Below, one piece after another: positions 19,804-29,305 of a stretch of DNA of 64,000 bases (positions within the stretch are counted from its first letter, which is position 1; each line of letters begins with the position of its first letter). A program made the translations under genes and the position numbers. The notes below the pieces were generated by a model, which saw only the letters and a program-made list of their open reading frames with translations, had not been told where the DNA came from and did not search any database. The stretch is taken from positions 3,552,001-3,616,000 of the forward strand of contig OZ253580.1 in assembly GCA_965263035.1 (NCBI GenBank), given 5' to 3'. The stretch comes from Acidobacteriota bacterium (GTDB taxonomy: Bacteria > Acidobacteriota > UBA6911 > RPQK01 > JAJDTT01).

Positions 19804-20715
19804 TCAGCCGGCGGCCCGGTGGGCGACCAGCCGGCCGATGGCGATGGAACGAATCTTGGTTTCAGGCGTTTCGGCCCGGGAAAGGAGTATCAATGGGACC
19901 CGGGCGCCGACCACGATCCCACCCGACTCGCCGTGAGCCATATAGAGAATCGCCCGGTAGAGGATGTTGGCGGCTTCGATGTCGGGAGCGATGAAGACGT
20001 CCGTGTTCTCAACCAGAGGGGTCTCGATCCCCTTGCGGTCGGCCGCGAACCGGCTCATGGGAACGTCCAGGGCGATGGGACCCTCTATGTAGGCGCCCTT
20101 CAGCTGCCCCCGGCGATTCATCATGGTCAGACCCGCTGCGTCCACCGTGGCCGGCATGGCGGGATTGACGAATTCCAGAGCGCACAGGATTGCCACCTTG
20201 GGCTCCTCGATGCCCAACGCGTGGGCCACTTCGATGGCATTGCGGCAGATCTCCACTTTCTGAGTCAGATCGGGGGCCAGATTGATGGCGGCGTCGGTCA
20301 TGATCATGAGACGGTCGATGCCGGGCACCTGAAAAACGATCACTTGGCTCAACTGGCGGCCGGTTCGGAGGCCCTTCTCCCGATTCAGGACGGCTCGAAT
20401 CAGCACGGAGGTGTTGATCTTTCCCTTCATCAGGAGATCCGCGGCGCCCTCTCGGACCAGCTCGATGGCCTCGAGGGCCGCCGCGCTGTCATCCGGCTGG
20501 TGGATCAGCTGTCCCGAATCGAGGTGGAGCCCGGCGGCATCCGCCATCGGCTCGATTTTCTTCCTGTCGCCTACCAGAAGTCCCTCGGCCAGACCCATCT
20601 CGCGAGCCAACTGGAGCGACTCGATGACGTCCGGGTCGTGGCCCGCGGCCACGGCGATCCGGGCTGGACCCAACCTGATGGAGGCATCGACCAATTCATC
20701 CAGATTGCGAAACAT
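19804..20715 (-). CDS. phosphate acetyl/butyryltransferase (PTA_PTB family)
   Basis: LMKGKINT, TDAAINLAP, EGPIALD, APDIEAANIL and LSRAE motifs; short Ptb-type protein upstream of ackA. Confidence 0.9.
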   Translation of the reverse strand: MFRNLDELVDASIRLGPARIAVAAGHDPDVIESLQLAREMGLAEGLLVGDRKKIEPMADAAGLHLDSGQLIHQPDDSAAALEAIELVREGAADLLMKGKINTSVLIRAVLNREKGLRTGRQLSQVIVFQVPGIDRLMIMTDAAINLAPDLTQKVEICRNAIEVAHALGIEEPKVAILCALEFVNPAMPATVDAAGLTMMNRRGQLKGAYIEGPIALDVPMSRFAADRKGIETPLVENTDVFIAPDIEAANILYRAILYMAHGESGGIVVGARVPLILLSRAETPETKIRSIAIGRLVAHRAAG

Positions 20716-20769
20716 TTCTCCTTACTCCCTTGGTCGACCCGGGAATCGGGGCCGTGCTCGATCAGCGGC

Positions 20770-21990
20770 TCAGGAGCCGATGACCTCAGCGGCGATGGAT
20801 TCGAACTCCTCGTCCGTCAGCAACGCCTTGTTCCGGATTGAAACCTGCTTCACGCGATCCACGATCTCCTTGGTCTGATCGGCGGTCGCGCTCATTCCAC
20901 GCTCCTCCAGCGCCTCCTCCACGTTGGCCAATCCGGCGCCCTTGCCGAGGGCGATCGCGACGCCGGGACGGCCGACCACCTGGGGAAGAAAGGGAATGTA
21001 TTCCAGGGGCTCCACGTTCTTGCAGCGCCGGTGGAACATGGCCACGATTCCCGATTCGATCTTGTACAGGGAATCGCCCACGATAGGCCGGTTGGGCGGC
21101 AGCTCGACATTGGACAGCTTCTGCACCAGCTTGGAGAGTTCGTAGAGCTTCTCGGTCTTCACGCCGACATCGACCCCGTAGAGCACCTTCAGGGCCATGA
21201 CCGTGTCCTCCAGGGGCACGTTGCCGGCCCGCTCGCCGATGGCCGAAACGGTGACGTGAGCCACCGAAGCCCCGTTGGAGAGAGCCGCGATCGTGTTGGC
21301 CACACCCAGGCCGAAGTCCTCGTGGCAGTGGATCTCGATGGGCTGCCGGAAACGAGCCCGGAGCTTCTTGAGCACCATGGCGATCCCTTCGGGAGAGCAG
21401 ACCCCGAAGGAGTCGGCCAGGGTGAGTGCGTCCATATGCCCTTCGGTGGAAACCCGCTCGATCAGGTCCATGTAACGATCCAAATCCGACCGGGTGCTGT
21501 CGATGGTGAAGAAGACGGTATACAGACCCGCTTCCTTGGCGGCCAAGGTGGTGTCGATGGAGGACTTGATGGCCCAGTCCATGTCCTTGCCGTAGGCGTT
21601 GGCGATGATGTGATCGCTGGAGGGAATCTCGGTAATGATCCCGTCGACGCCGCAGTCCTTGGCCTGCTTGACGTCTACGGGCATGCAGCGGGCAAAGGAG
21701 AAGATCTCGGAATCCAGGCCCAGGGAGACGATGTCCTTGATGGCCGCCTCATCTTCGTCGGAGACGGCGGGCATGCCGGCCTCGATTCGATGGACGCCGG
21801 CTGCCGCCAGCTTCTGAGCGATGGCCACCTTCTCGTCCCGCCGGAACACGATTCCCGTCTGTTGCTCGCCATCGCGGAGGGTCACATCGTGAATTCGGAT
21901 CTGGTCGGGAAAGTTGAGATGCTGCCGGGCTTCCGGCGAAAAATTCCAGGGGCTGGCAAACCAGCTGTCCGTTTTCCACTCTTGACTCAT
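20770..21990 (-). CDS. DRE-TIM metallolyase (homocitrate / isopropylmalate synthase-like, no regulatory domain)
   Basis: DVTLRDGEQ, HCHEDFG and GERAGN motifs; 406 aa. Confidence 0.85.
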   Translation of the reverse strand: MSQEWKTDSWFASPWNFSPEARQHLNFPDQIRIHDVTLRDGEQQTGIVFRRDEKVAIAQKLAAAGVHRIEAGMPAVSDEDEAAIKDIVSLGLDSEIFSFARCMPVDVKQAKDCGVDGIITEIPSSDHIIANAYGKDMDWAIKSSIDTTLAAKEAGLYTVFFTIDSTRSDLDRYMDLIERVSTEGHMDALTLADSFGVCSPEGIAMVLKKLRARFRQPIEIHCHEDFGLGVANTIAALSNGASVAHVTVSAIGERAGNVPLEDTVMALKVLYGVDVGVKTEKLYELSKLVQKLSNVELPPNRPIVGDSLYKIESGIVAMFHRRCKNVEPLEYIPFLPQVVGRPGVAIALGKGAGLANVEEALEERGMSATADQTKEIVDRVKQVSIRNKALLTDEEFESIAAEVIGS

Positions 21991-22242
21991 GTGAAATTCC
22001 TCCTGGACGAGACACAGGGAACGAGCCCTGAAACGTTACTGTTCGGTTGCTCGGGGGACGGCGCGGAGCCTACCGCATACGGGGGCCGAACCACCCTCCC
22101 TCTCAAAAGAGCATGTATCATAGCATGGACGAAAAGTGAGGGAAGGCGAGCAGCTTTAGAAAAGGGACACTCTACGGGAGGAAGCGGGGGTGCGTTGCAG
22201 GGGCCGTTTTCGTCTCGCACCACCTCCTTCGGCGGAAACGAT

Positions 22243-23592
22243 ATGAGCAGGCAGGGTCCCGACTGGCTCTTGGGCGAGCTACCCGATCTGGTGGCGCATG
22301 GGATCCTGAGCCGGGATGCGGCCGATCGGTTACGTGCCCATTATGAAAAGACCGGGAGCGCCGCCGGACGCCGGCTGGGCCAAACCGTCACTGCGGTCTT
22401 TGGCTCTGTATTGATCGGTCTCGGGATCATTCTGGTCCTGGCGTACAACTGGCAGGAACTGTCGAGGCCGCTACGGGCGGGGATTTCCTTCACGTTGCTG
22501 CTGGGCGCCCAGGGCGCCGCCGGCTGGGTTCTGTTGCGGCCCGTCCGGGCCCGTTCCTGGCGCGAAGGGACGGCATGCCTGTTGTTTCTGGCCGTGGGAA
22601 CCACCATGGGCCTGATCGCGCAGACTTATCACATCCCTGGAGACTTCAGCCGATTTCTTCTGATCTGGCTGTTGCTGGCCCTCCCGGTCGTCTATCTCCT
22701 GAACACCGGCGCGGCTGCGGCTCTCTACCTGGTGGGAGTGACGGTTCTGGGTGGTTTCGAGTCGGCCAGCGGGGAGGGGCCCATCCTCTATTGGGTCTTG
22801 CTGGCGTTGGCTGCACCCTTTCTCTGGTCGCGTCTAAGGCGAGACCGGCAGGACGCCGCCCTCGTCCTGCTGCTCTGGCTTGGAGCAATATCCCTCTGTT
22901 TCGGTTTCGGTTTCAGCATCTCGGGTTCGTCGGAGCATCTCTATCTGGTCGTCTACGCCGGCCTGTTCTCATCCCTTTACCTTGCGGGACGGATCTGGTT
23001 TGGACAGGCTCCCCGCGTCTGGCGGCGTCCTCTGCAATGTGTCGGGGGGCTGGGAGCCTTCGGATTGGCCTTCCGCTTTTCCTACCAGGATTCTTGGCAG
23101 CATCTGGCGCGCCTGGCCCAGACAGAACGGGACTGGTTGGATGCGGGTCCGGGCATCGTACTGATCGGGACCTGCCTGGCTCTGTCGGTGATCCTGGGTT
23201 GGCTCAGCCTGGCGGCGGGTCGGCGGGAGGGACTGCTCTGGGGCTCCTTCGGCGCGGTAGCATTTCTGGGCCATCTCCTGATGCTGGCGCTGGAGTCGAC
23301 GCTGGTCCCGGTGTCTCTGGTAAATCTCTATTTGCTGATTGCCGGAGCGGCGGTCGTGAGCCGTGGGGTCCGCCGCGAGCGGATGGGGACCGTCAATCTG
23401 GGGATGCTCATCCTGGCCGTTCTCATTGCGGCCAGATTCTTCGACAGCGATCTGGGATTGGTGGTCCGCGGGATCGTTTTCATCCTGGTAGGTGCCGCCT
23501 TCCTGTTGACGAACGCTCTTCTGGCACGCCGCTTTCGGGGCCACCGGCGTGCGAGAGATGGTTCGTGGCCGCCCGCCGAGGGGGCGCCATGA
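22243..23592 (+). CDS. DUF2157-type membrane protein
   Basis: Real gene is the C-terminal part of ORF 21031..23592: GSVLIGLGIILVLAYNWQEL, LIAQTYHIPG, many TM helices. Confidence 0.8.
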   Translation: MSRQGPDWLLGELPDLVAHGILSRDAADRLRAHYEKTGSAAGRRLGQTVTAVFGSVLIGLGIILVLAYNWQELSRPLRAGISFTLLLGAQGAAGWVLLRPVRARSWREGTACLLFLAVGTTMGLIAQTYHIPGDFSRFLLIWLLLALPVVYLLNTGAAAALYLVGVTVLGGFESASGEGPILYWVLLALAAPFLWSRLRRDRQDAALVLLLWLGAISLCFGFGFSISGSSEHLYLVVYAGLFSSLYLAGRIWFGQAPRVWRRPLQCVGGLGAFGLAFRFSYQDSWQHLARLAQTERDWLDAGPGIVLIGTCLALSVILGWLSLAAGRREGLLWGSFGAVAFLGHLLMLALESTLVPVSLVNLYLLIAGAAVVSRGVRRERMGTVNLGMLILAVLIAARFFDSDLGLVVRGIVFILVGAAFLLTNALLARRFRGHRRARDGSWPPAEGAP

Positions 23593-24167
23593 TGCAGTTC
23601 CGGACGCTGGTATTTGCCTTGGCGGTGTTCTGCCAGCTTGGCGTCCCCGCTTGGATGATCCTCGACCGGGAGTGGACCCTCCGCGACGGCGTGAGAGTCA
23701 AGTTCAGGGTGGAGTCCATGGATCCCGGGAGTGCGGTCCTGGGGCGCCATGTTCGCTTCAAGATCCCCTCTTCGGAGGTCGCCCTCGACGAATCGGTCGA
23801 ACGCCCGTCGGTGGTTTGGGCCTACGGCGTCCTGGATTTGGACCAGGAGGGTTTCGGCCGCTTCACCTCCGTTCGGGATGAACCCCCCGAATCTGGTGTC
23901 TACCTCAGGGTGCGGGTCCGGAGAGAAGGGAAGACGGGCAGCATTCAACTTCCTTTCGACCGATTCTACCTGCCCGAAGACGTGGCTTCGGAAACCGACA
24001 CCAGGCGTGGACACCCAATTCGTTCCGGCAAGAGGGATGCCTATGTCACGCTCCGCTTGCATCGGGGCGACGGAGTGGTCGAGGATTTCTACGTCCGGGA
24101 CACCCCGATCCTGGACTACTTCAAGGCTCCTCCGGAGCCAGATGGAACTAAAGGAGACGTGCCATGA
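23589..24167 (+). CDS. GDYXXLXY-domain protein (degenerate motif)
   Basis: N-terminal TM, ExTLRDG..V.F....DP.....GRHVRF, PFDRFYLPE. ATGA overlap with the DUF2157 gene, its usual partner. Confidence 0.7.
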   Translation: MMQFRTLVFALAVFCQLGVPAWMILDREWTLRDGVRVKFRVESMDPGSAVLGRHVRFKIPSSEVALDESVERPSVVWAYGVLDLDQEGFGRFTSVRDEPPESGVYLRVRVRREGKTGSIQLPFDRFYLPEDVASETDTRRGHPIRSGKRDAYVTLRLHRGDGVVEDFYVRDTPILDYFKAPPEPDGTKGDVP

Positions 24168-25507
24168 AGAGACAGAACCGGCGTGGATTTCTATCGAGGT
24201 CGGCGGCTCTGACGGGTGGGGCGGCCCTGGCCGCAGGCCCGGCTGCCTCCGCCCTTTCCTATGCCCGGACGGCGGGGGCCAACGACCGGATACGACTTGG
24301 AGTGATCGGCTGTGGCGGCCGGGGGCGAGGCGATCTCCGGCAGTTTCTCGAAATCGATGGGATCCAGTGCGCGGCCATCTGCGACGTGGATCATTCGCAG
24401 CTGGACCGGACCCAGTCCGAGATTCTTGACCCCGCCGGCCAGAAGGCCGATTTTCGGACCCAGGACTTCCGCCGCCTTCTGGATCGGCAGGATCTGGATG
24501 CCGTCCTGGTGGCCGCTCCCGATCACTGGCACGCCATTCCCACCGTCATGGCTTGCGAAGCGGGGATGGACGTCTACGTGGAAAAGCCCCTGTCTCTGAC
24601 CATCCACGAGGGCCGGGTCATGGTGGACGCCGCCCGCAGGCACGGCCGGGTGGTCCAGATGGGGACCCAGCAGAGGAGCGCTCCCCACTACACCGACGCG
24701 GTGGATTACGTGAAGAGCGGGAAGCTGGGGAAGATCCGGCTGGTCCGGGCCTGGGCCTATCTGGACTGGAAGGGGGAAATGCCGGCTCAGCCGAATGGGT
24801 CTCCTCCCCCGGGAGTGGATTACGACCTGTGGTTGGGACCGGCTCCCGAACGTCCGTTCAACCTGAATCGCTTTCATTTTTCGTTTCGCTGGTACTGGGA
24901 CTACTCCGGCGGTCTCATGACCGACTGGGGCGCGCACATGATCGACATCGCCAACTGGGCCATGGAGGTGAAGGCGCCCCGGGCCGCGGTCTCGGTGGGA
25001 GGAAAGTTCGGCTATCCCCGGGACGCCATGGAGACGCCCGACAGCCAACAGGTCATCTGGGAATTCGACGATTTCAGCATGGTCTGGGAACATGCGCTGG
25101 GCGTGGGGCGCGGCCCGGAGGCGCGGGAGCACGGGGTCCAGTTCCACGGCAACGACGGCGTGCTGGTGGTCGACCGCAACGGATGGGAGGTCCATTCCGA
25201 GACCGACAGAATCGACAAGTCCGTGCGCGAGTTCCGGTCTCGCGGCAAGCCGCGGCACAACATTCGAGGCCGGAGCGCCTACCACCTGGGACACGTCCAG
25301 AACTTCGTCGACTGCATGCGCTCCAGGGAACGTCCCCGATCGGACGTGGAGATCGGTCACGACTCCATGATCGCCTGCCACCTCGGCAACATCGCCTTCC
25401 GGCTCGGCCGCAGGGTTCAATGGGACCCGGACCGGGAACGGATCGTGGACGATCCCGAAGCCGAGCGCATGGTCCGGACCAGCTACCGGAAGCCTTGGAA
25501 ACTATAG
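24164..25507 (+). CDS. Tat-exported Gfo/Idh/MocA oxidoreductase
   Basis: RRGFL Tat signal, GVIGCGGRG, PDHWH, DVYVEKP, DWGAHMID. Confidence 0.92.
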   Translation: MKRQNRRGFLSRSAALTGGAALAAGPAASALSYARTAGANDRIRLGVIGCGGRGRGDLRQFLEIDGIQCAAICDVDHSQLDRTQSEILDPAGQKADFRTQDFRRLLDRQDLDAVLVAAPDHWHAIPTVMACEAGMDVYVEKPLSLTIHEGRVMVDAARRHGRVVQMGTQQRSAPHYTDAVDYVKSGKLGKIRLVRAWAYLDWKGEMPAQPNGSPPPGVDYDLWLGPAPERPFNLNRFHFSFRWYWDYSGGLMTDWGAHMIDIANWAMEVKAPRAAVSVGGKFGYPRDAMETPDSQQVIWEFDDFSMVWEHALGVGRGPEAREHGVQFHGNDGVLVVDRNGWEVHSETDRIDKSVREFRSRGKPRHNIRGRSAYHLGHVQNFVDCMRSRERPRSDVEIGHDSMIACHLGNIAFRLGRRVQWDPDRERIVDDPEAERMVRTSYRKPWKL

Positions 25508-25511
25508 AAAT

Positions 25512-25553
25512 GTGAGGAATTAGGATTGAGGAACGAGGAGTGAGAGAAGAGGA
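25512..25553 (+). repeat. degenerate heptamer tandem repeat (NNGAGGA x6)
   Basis: GTGAGGA ATTAGGA TTGAGGA ACGAGGA GTGAGAG AAGAGGA. Confidence 0.6.
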
Positions 25554-25559
25554 AGTCGA

Positions 25560-27023
25560 GTGTCGGTGACAAGTCCCGGGAATCAGGACCCCGTGCGGTA
25601 TCCGGAGCTCTCAACTCGGCTCCGTGATCGTTCCCTGATGGGAATGCTCAAGCTCTTCGGCCCGGGCGCCATTATCGCCTCGGTCACGATCGGAAGCGGG
25701 GAGACCGTTTTCGCTTCCCGGGGCGGCGCCGTCTTCGGTTATTCCCTGTTCTGGTGTTTTCTGGTCGGCTCCGCGCTGAAGGGTCTCCAGGTCTATACGG
25801 GCGCCCGGTTCATCACCTTGACCGGACGCCATCCCCTGCGGAGTTGGATGGAACTGCCGGGTCCCCGCGGTTGGTTCGTTCTCTTCGTCTCCGTCATGAC
25901 CATCGTCTGGATGCCCTTTTGGGTGGGCGGGGGACTCCCCAAGATGTTGGGAGAGTTCACCAACTGGGTGGTCGGTTTCCCGGACCCCGAAAACAGGTCC
26001 GACTACGTCTTCTTCGGTCGGCTCTGGGGGACTTTCTTCATCCTGGTGGCGTTGGCTTTAACCTGGGTTCAGAGCTACGGTTTCCTGGAGCGGGTTCAGA
26101 CGGTCCTGGTGGGTCTGCTGCTGCTGTGCATGGTCCTGGCGGCCTCCGTTTCAAGCCCCGATCTCCTGGCCCTTTTGGGGGGCACCCTGATCCCCACCCC
26201 GCCCCGATACGACGGCTGGGTCCTGGAACGGTTCACCGAATTCCGCGGGCGCAATCCCTGGGTGGAAATGGTCACCTACCTGGGGGCGGTGGGGGGTGGG
26301 ACCCAGGACTATCTGGGATACGTGGGGATGCTTCGGGAGAAGGCCTGGGGGCTTCTGGGCAGTCGGCGTGAGGGTCCCATCGATTCGAGCCGGGAAAACT
26401 TGAAACGGGGCTTGGCCTGGCTTCGGGCCCCGCGCACCGACGTGACGGTGTCGTTTATCTGCATCTTCATCTTCACTCTCTGTTTTGCCGTCCTGGGCGC
26501 CACCATCCTCTATCCCCGGCAGGAGATCCCCAGCGGGTTCGACCTCTTGACCCTCCAGTTGGGTTACCTGGTCCGTCCGGACCAGGCACCCCTGGTTCAG
26601 ACGCTGCTCGCCTGGCTCTACAAGACCGGCATCTTTTTCGCGTTCTTCGGTACCATCTACGGTGCCTACGAACTCTACAGCCGGACCACCCGGGAATGTC
26701 TGGTCGCGCTCTTCCCGTCGTTGCGGAAGGTTCCCCTGAAGAAGTTCCGGCTCTGGACGATTCTCTGGTGCGCGCTGCCCGGCCTGGGCCTGCTCTGGTT
26801 TCTGGAGCGGGACCCCGTCTACATCGTGACTCCTGCGGCCCTGGTGGGTTCGGGTCTCATCTGCGGCCTCTGGTGCTTCGCCATGCTCTGGTCGGACCGA
26901 AACCACCTCCCGAGGGAACTGCAGATGAAATGGCCGCTATGGCTGGGCACACTCGTAGCCGGGATCGGACTGACGGTGATCCCCCTGATCGGAATCGTGA
27001 AGTACGTGCAGAGCTTTCTCTGA
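25560..27023 (+). CDS. Nramp-related (non-canonical) transporter
   Basis: GPGAIIASVTIGSGE...GAVFGYSLFW and about 11 TM helices; lacks the DPGN metal motif. Confidence 0.78.
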   Translation: MSVTSPGNQDPVRYPELSTRLRDRSLMGMLKLFGPGAIIASVTIGSGETVFASRGGAVFGYSLFWCFLVGSALKGLQVYTGARFITLTGRHPLRSWMELPGPRGWFVLFVSVMTIVWMPFWVGGGLPKMLGEFTNWVVGFPDPENRSDYVFFGRLWGTFFILVALALTWVQSYGFLERVQTVLVGLLLLCMVLAASVSSPDLLALLGGTLIPTPPRYDGWVLERFTEFRGRNPWVEMVTYLGAVGGGTQDYLGYVGMLREKAWGLLGSRREGPIDSSRENLKRGLAWLRAPRTDVTVSFICIFIFTLCFAVLGATILYPRQEIPSGFDLLTLQLGYLVRPDQAPLVQTLLAWLYKTGIFFAFFGTIYGAYELYSRTTRECLVALFPSLRKVPLKKFRLWTILWCALPGLGLLWFLERDPVYIVTPAALVGSGLICGLWCFAMLWSDRNHLPRELQMKWPLWLGTLVAGIGLTVIPLIGIVKYVQSFL

Positions 27024-27039
27024 GTTCTCAGTTCACGCG

Positions 27040-28086
27040 TTACCGCGGGGGCAGCTGGTAGCCCTCCCGCTTGACGTGGATCCGGTAGACACTCTTTCCG
27101 GCCGTAATGTAGAGCGTCCTGCTCTCGGTCCCGCGCCCGAAGCCCACGTTGGTGGGAAGCTCGGTGGGAATGAACGCCAGCTCCTCGCCTTCGGGGGAGT
27201 AGACGGCGACTCCGGGGCGCGTCACGTCGCGCACGGTCACATAGAGATTGCCGTCCACGTCCACCACCAGACCGTCCGGTCCATCCTGGGGAGAGTAATC
27301 CACCAGGACCTCCCGAAAGCTGGCCGAGCCGTCGGGATCCAGGTCGTACGCCAGCAGAGCCATGCGGTTCTTGAGGGTCGGCCTGCCCTCGCCCATTCGG
27401 AACATCCCGGTGGCGCCGTTGTCGTTGCTGACCACGTAGAGGGTCTTCTGATCGGGAGAGACGGCGACGCCGTTGGGCTTGCCCGCGTCGGTGATGATCC
27501 GGTGCACCGACCCGTCGGGGTCGATTCGATATACGGCCATGGCGGGTTGATCCAGCGATTCGTGGCCCAGGTAGCGGGGGTCGCTGAAGTAGATCCGGCC
27601 CTTTTCGTCGATGGTGATGTCGTTGGGGGCATTGAAGCGCCGGCCGTCGTACAGGCCCGCGAGGATGGTGCTCTTTCCGGTCTTCATGTCGGTGCGGATC
27701 ACCCGCCGCCCGCCGAAATCGGCGCCCTCGGCAATGATCATGTCGCCTCCGGCATCGAACTTGATGCCGTTGGACATGCCGCTGGGAGAGCGGAAGATGC
27801 TGGTCTCGCCGGTCTTGGGATCGTACTTCCAGATGTGTCCGGCTTCGGGCTGACCCTGTTCATTCTGACATTTTGCCGTGAAGGTGATGTCGCTGAAGTA
27901 GATGGTGCCGTCGGGAGCCGCCGCGACGCCCTCGGTGAGAATGCATCCCGCTTCGAAGATCTTCTCCAAGGTGACTCCGGCCGCAATGATGCTGGGATCG
28001 CCGGAGGGGAACTGGGCCAGGCCCGGCTGGCTCAAGACCAGGCAGGCCAGGGACCCGAGGATCAGGTTACGGATTTTTTGAACCAT
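27040..28086 (-). CDS. SMP-30/gluconolactonase family protein, secreted
   Basis: Signal peptide, TEG, FNAPND, KPNGVAVSPD, PDGLVVDVDGNLY. Confidence 0.9.
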   Translation of the reverse strand: MVQKIRNLILGSLACLVLSQPGLAQFPSGDPSIIAAGVTLEKIFEAGCILTEGVAAAPDGTIYFSDITFTAKCQNEQGQPEAGHIWKYDPKTGETSIFRSPSGMSNGIKFDAGGDMIIAEGADFGGRRVIRTDMKTGKSTILAGLYDGRRFNAPNDITIDEKGRIYFSDPRYLGHESLDQPAMAVYRIDPDGSVHRIITDAGKPNGVAVSPDQKTLYVVSNDNGATGMFRMGEGRPTLKNRMALLAYDLDPDGSASFREVLVDYSPQDGPDGLVVDVDGNLYVTVRDVTRPGVAVYSPEGEELAFIPTELPTNVGFGRGTESRTLYITAGKSVYRIHVKREGYQLPPR

Positions 28087-28342
28087 CGAACTCTCCTTTC
28101 AATTGGTGTCGTGAATGACACCGCCGACTCTCCGCAGATTAGCACTTGGACCCCGCCGGCAAAAGTCGGGGCCGCATTCGACCGGCTCCGAGCGTCTTCC
28201 GTCTTCCCCCATGGCCGGATTCCCAGGCTTCGAACAGCCCACCGTGATGCTCTTCTCTCACTCCTCCGGTTTGCCCGTCATCGGGACGAAAGATACAATC
28301 CGCCGAAAGGTCGAAGCAGGTGATACTGGGGAGGAGGCGCAG

Positions 28343-29266
28343 ATGAGACAGTCCAACATTGGGACCAGGATTCTATTGCCGCTTGCTGCTGTTGCGCTGT
28401 GCTCGGGGATGGTCGCGGCGCTGATTTCTTCCGGGTCGGGATCGCTGGTGGAGCTGGCGCCCGGAGTCTATTTTCGCGAGGGGGATCTGGAACACCAGGG
28501 CCATTGCAACAACGGGATCGTGGTCTTCAGGGAGTTTGTGGTGGTCATCGACGCCAACTTCCCCAATGGCGCCGAGGCCTGTCTGGCAGACATCCGAAAG
28601 GTCACCGGGAAGCCGGTCCGCCTGGTCTTCGACACCCATCATCACGGTGACCACGCCTACGGGAATCCGGTCTGGGTCGCCAACGGAGCCTTGACGGTCG
28701 CACACGAGAAAGTGGTCCAGGAGATGGATCGTTACGAGCCGCTCCGCTGGCAGGAGGAAGCCACCAAGCGAAAGGACGTCGCCGCCTTGGAGCTCAGGAA
28801 TGCCCAGCCCCCTATCGTGACCTTTCCGGACCGGTTGGTCATCGACGACGGGACTCAGCGCCTGGAACTGCTCCACTTCGGAACGGCCCACACCCGCGGC
28901 GACGGTTTCGCCTATCTTCCCCGGCATCGGATCCTCTTTACCGGGGATGCCGTGGTCAATGGTCCCTACAACTACATGGGGGACGGGGACACGCACTCCT
29001 GGATCGGCGTCATCGAAGCGCTCGAAAAGCTTCGGGTCGAGACCGTCGCTCCGGGACACGGCCCCCCCACGGACCGTTCGCTCTTGGGCAAGCAGAAGGC
29101 CTTCATCCGCGCGCTGCACCGCGAGGTGGCGCTGGGACTGTTGGCTGGGAAGAGCCTCCAGGACCTGCAAAACTCCATTCGGCTCCCGGATTCGGTTCGC
29201 CTCCACGTGGGAACTTGGTTCGAGTCACAGATCGCCAAGGTCTACAGCGAGAAGACGGCGCCCTGA
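28343..29266 (+). CDS. MBL-fold metallo-hydrolase
   Basis: THHHGDH, AHTRGD, LFTGD and PGHG motifs. RBS GAGGAGG before ATG 28343. Confidence 0.9.
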   Translation: MRQSNIGTRILLPLAAVALCSGMVAALISSGSGSLVELAPGVYFREGDLEHQGHCNNGIVVFREFVVVIDANFPNGAEACLADIRKVTGKPVRLVFDTHHHGDHAYGNPVWVANGALTVAHEKVVQEMDRYEPLRWQEEATKRKDVAALELRNAQPPIVTFPDRLVIDDGTQRLELLHFGTAHTRGDGFAYLPRHRILFTGDAVVNGPYNYMGDGDTHSWIGVIEALEKLRVETVAPGHGPPTDRSLLGKQKAFIRALHREVALGLLAGKSLQDLQNSIRLPDSVRLHVGTWFESQIAKVYSEKTAP

Positions 29267-29305
29267 CCGATCTTCCCCGTTGGGCGGCCTGGGATTCTCC
29301 CCGGA

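Noticed and set aside
21031-22242. Apparent 853-aa fusion ORF (similarly 22575-, 45210-, 55427- and the 51551 extension)
   Set aside because: The N-terminal parts are antisense shadows or intergenic read-through; the real genes start downstream at RBS- or signal-supported codons.
28343-29266. Metallo-beta-lactamase resistance gene
   Set aside because: Only the generic MBL-fold motif is visible; the context is catabolic and there is no evidence for beta-lactam specificity.
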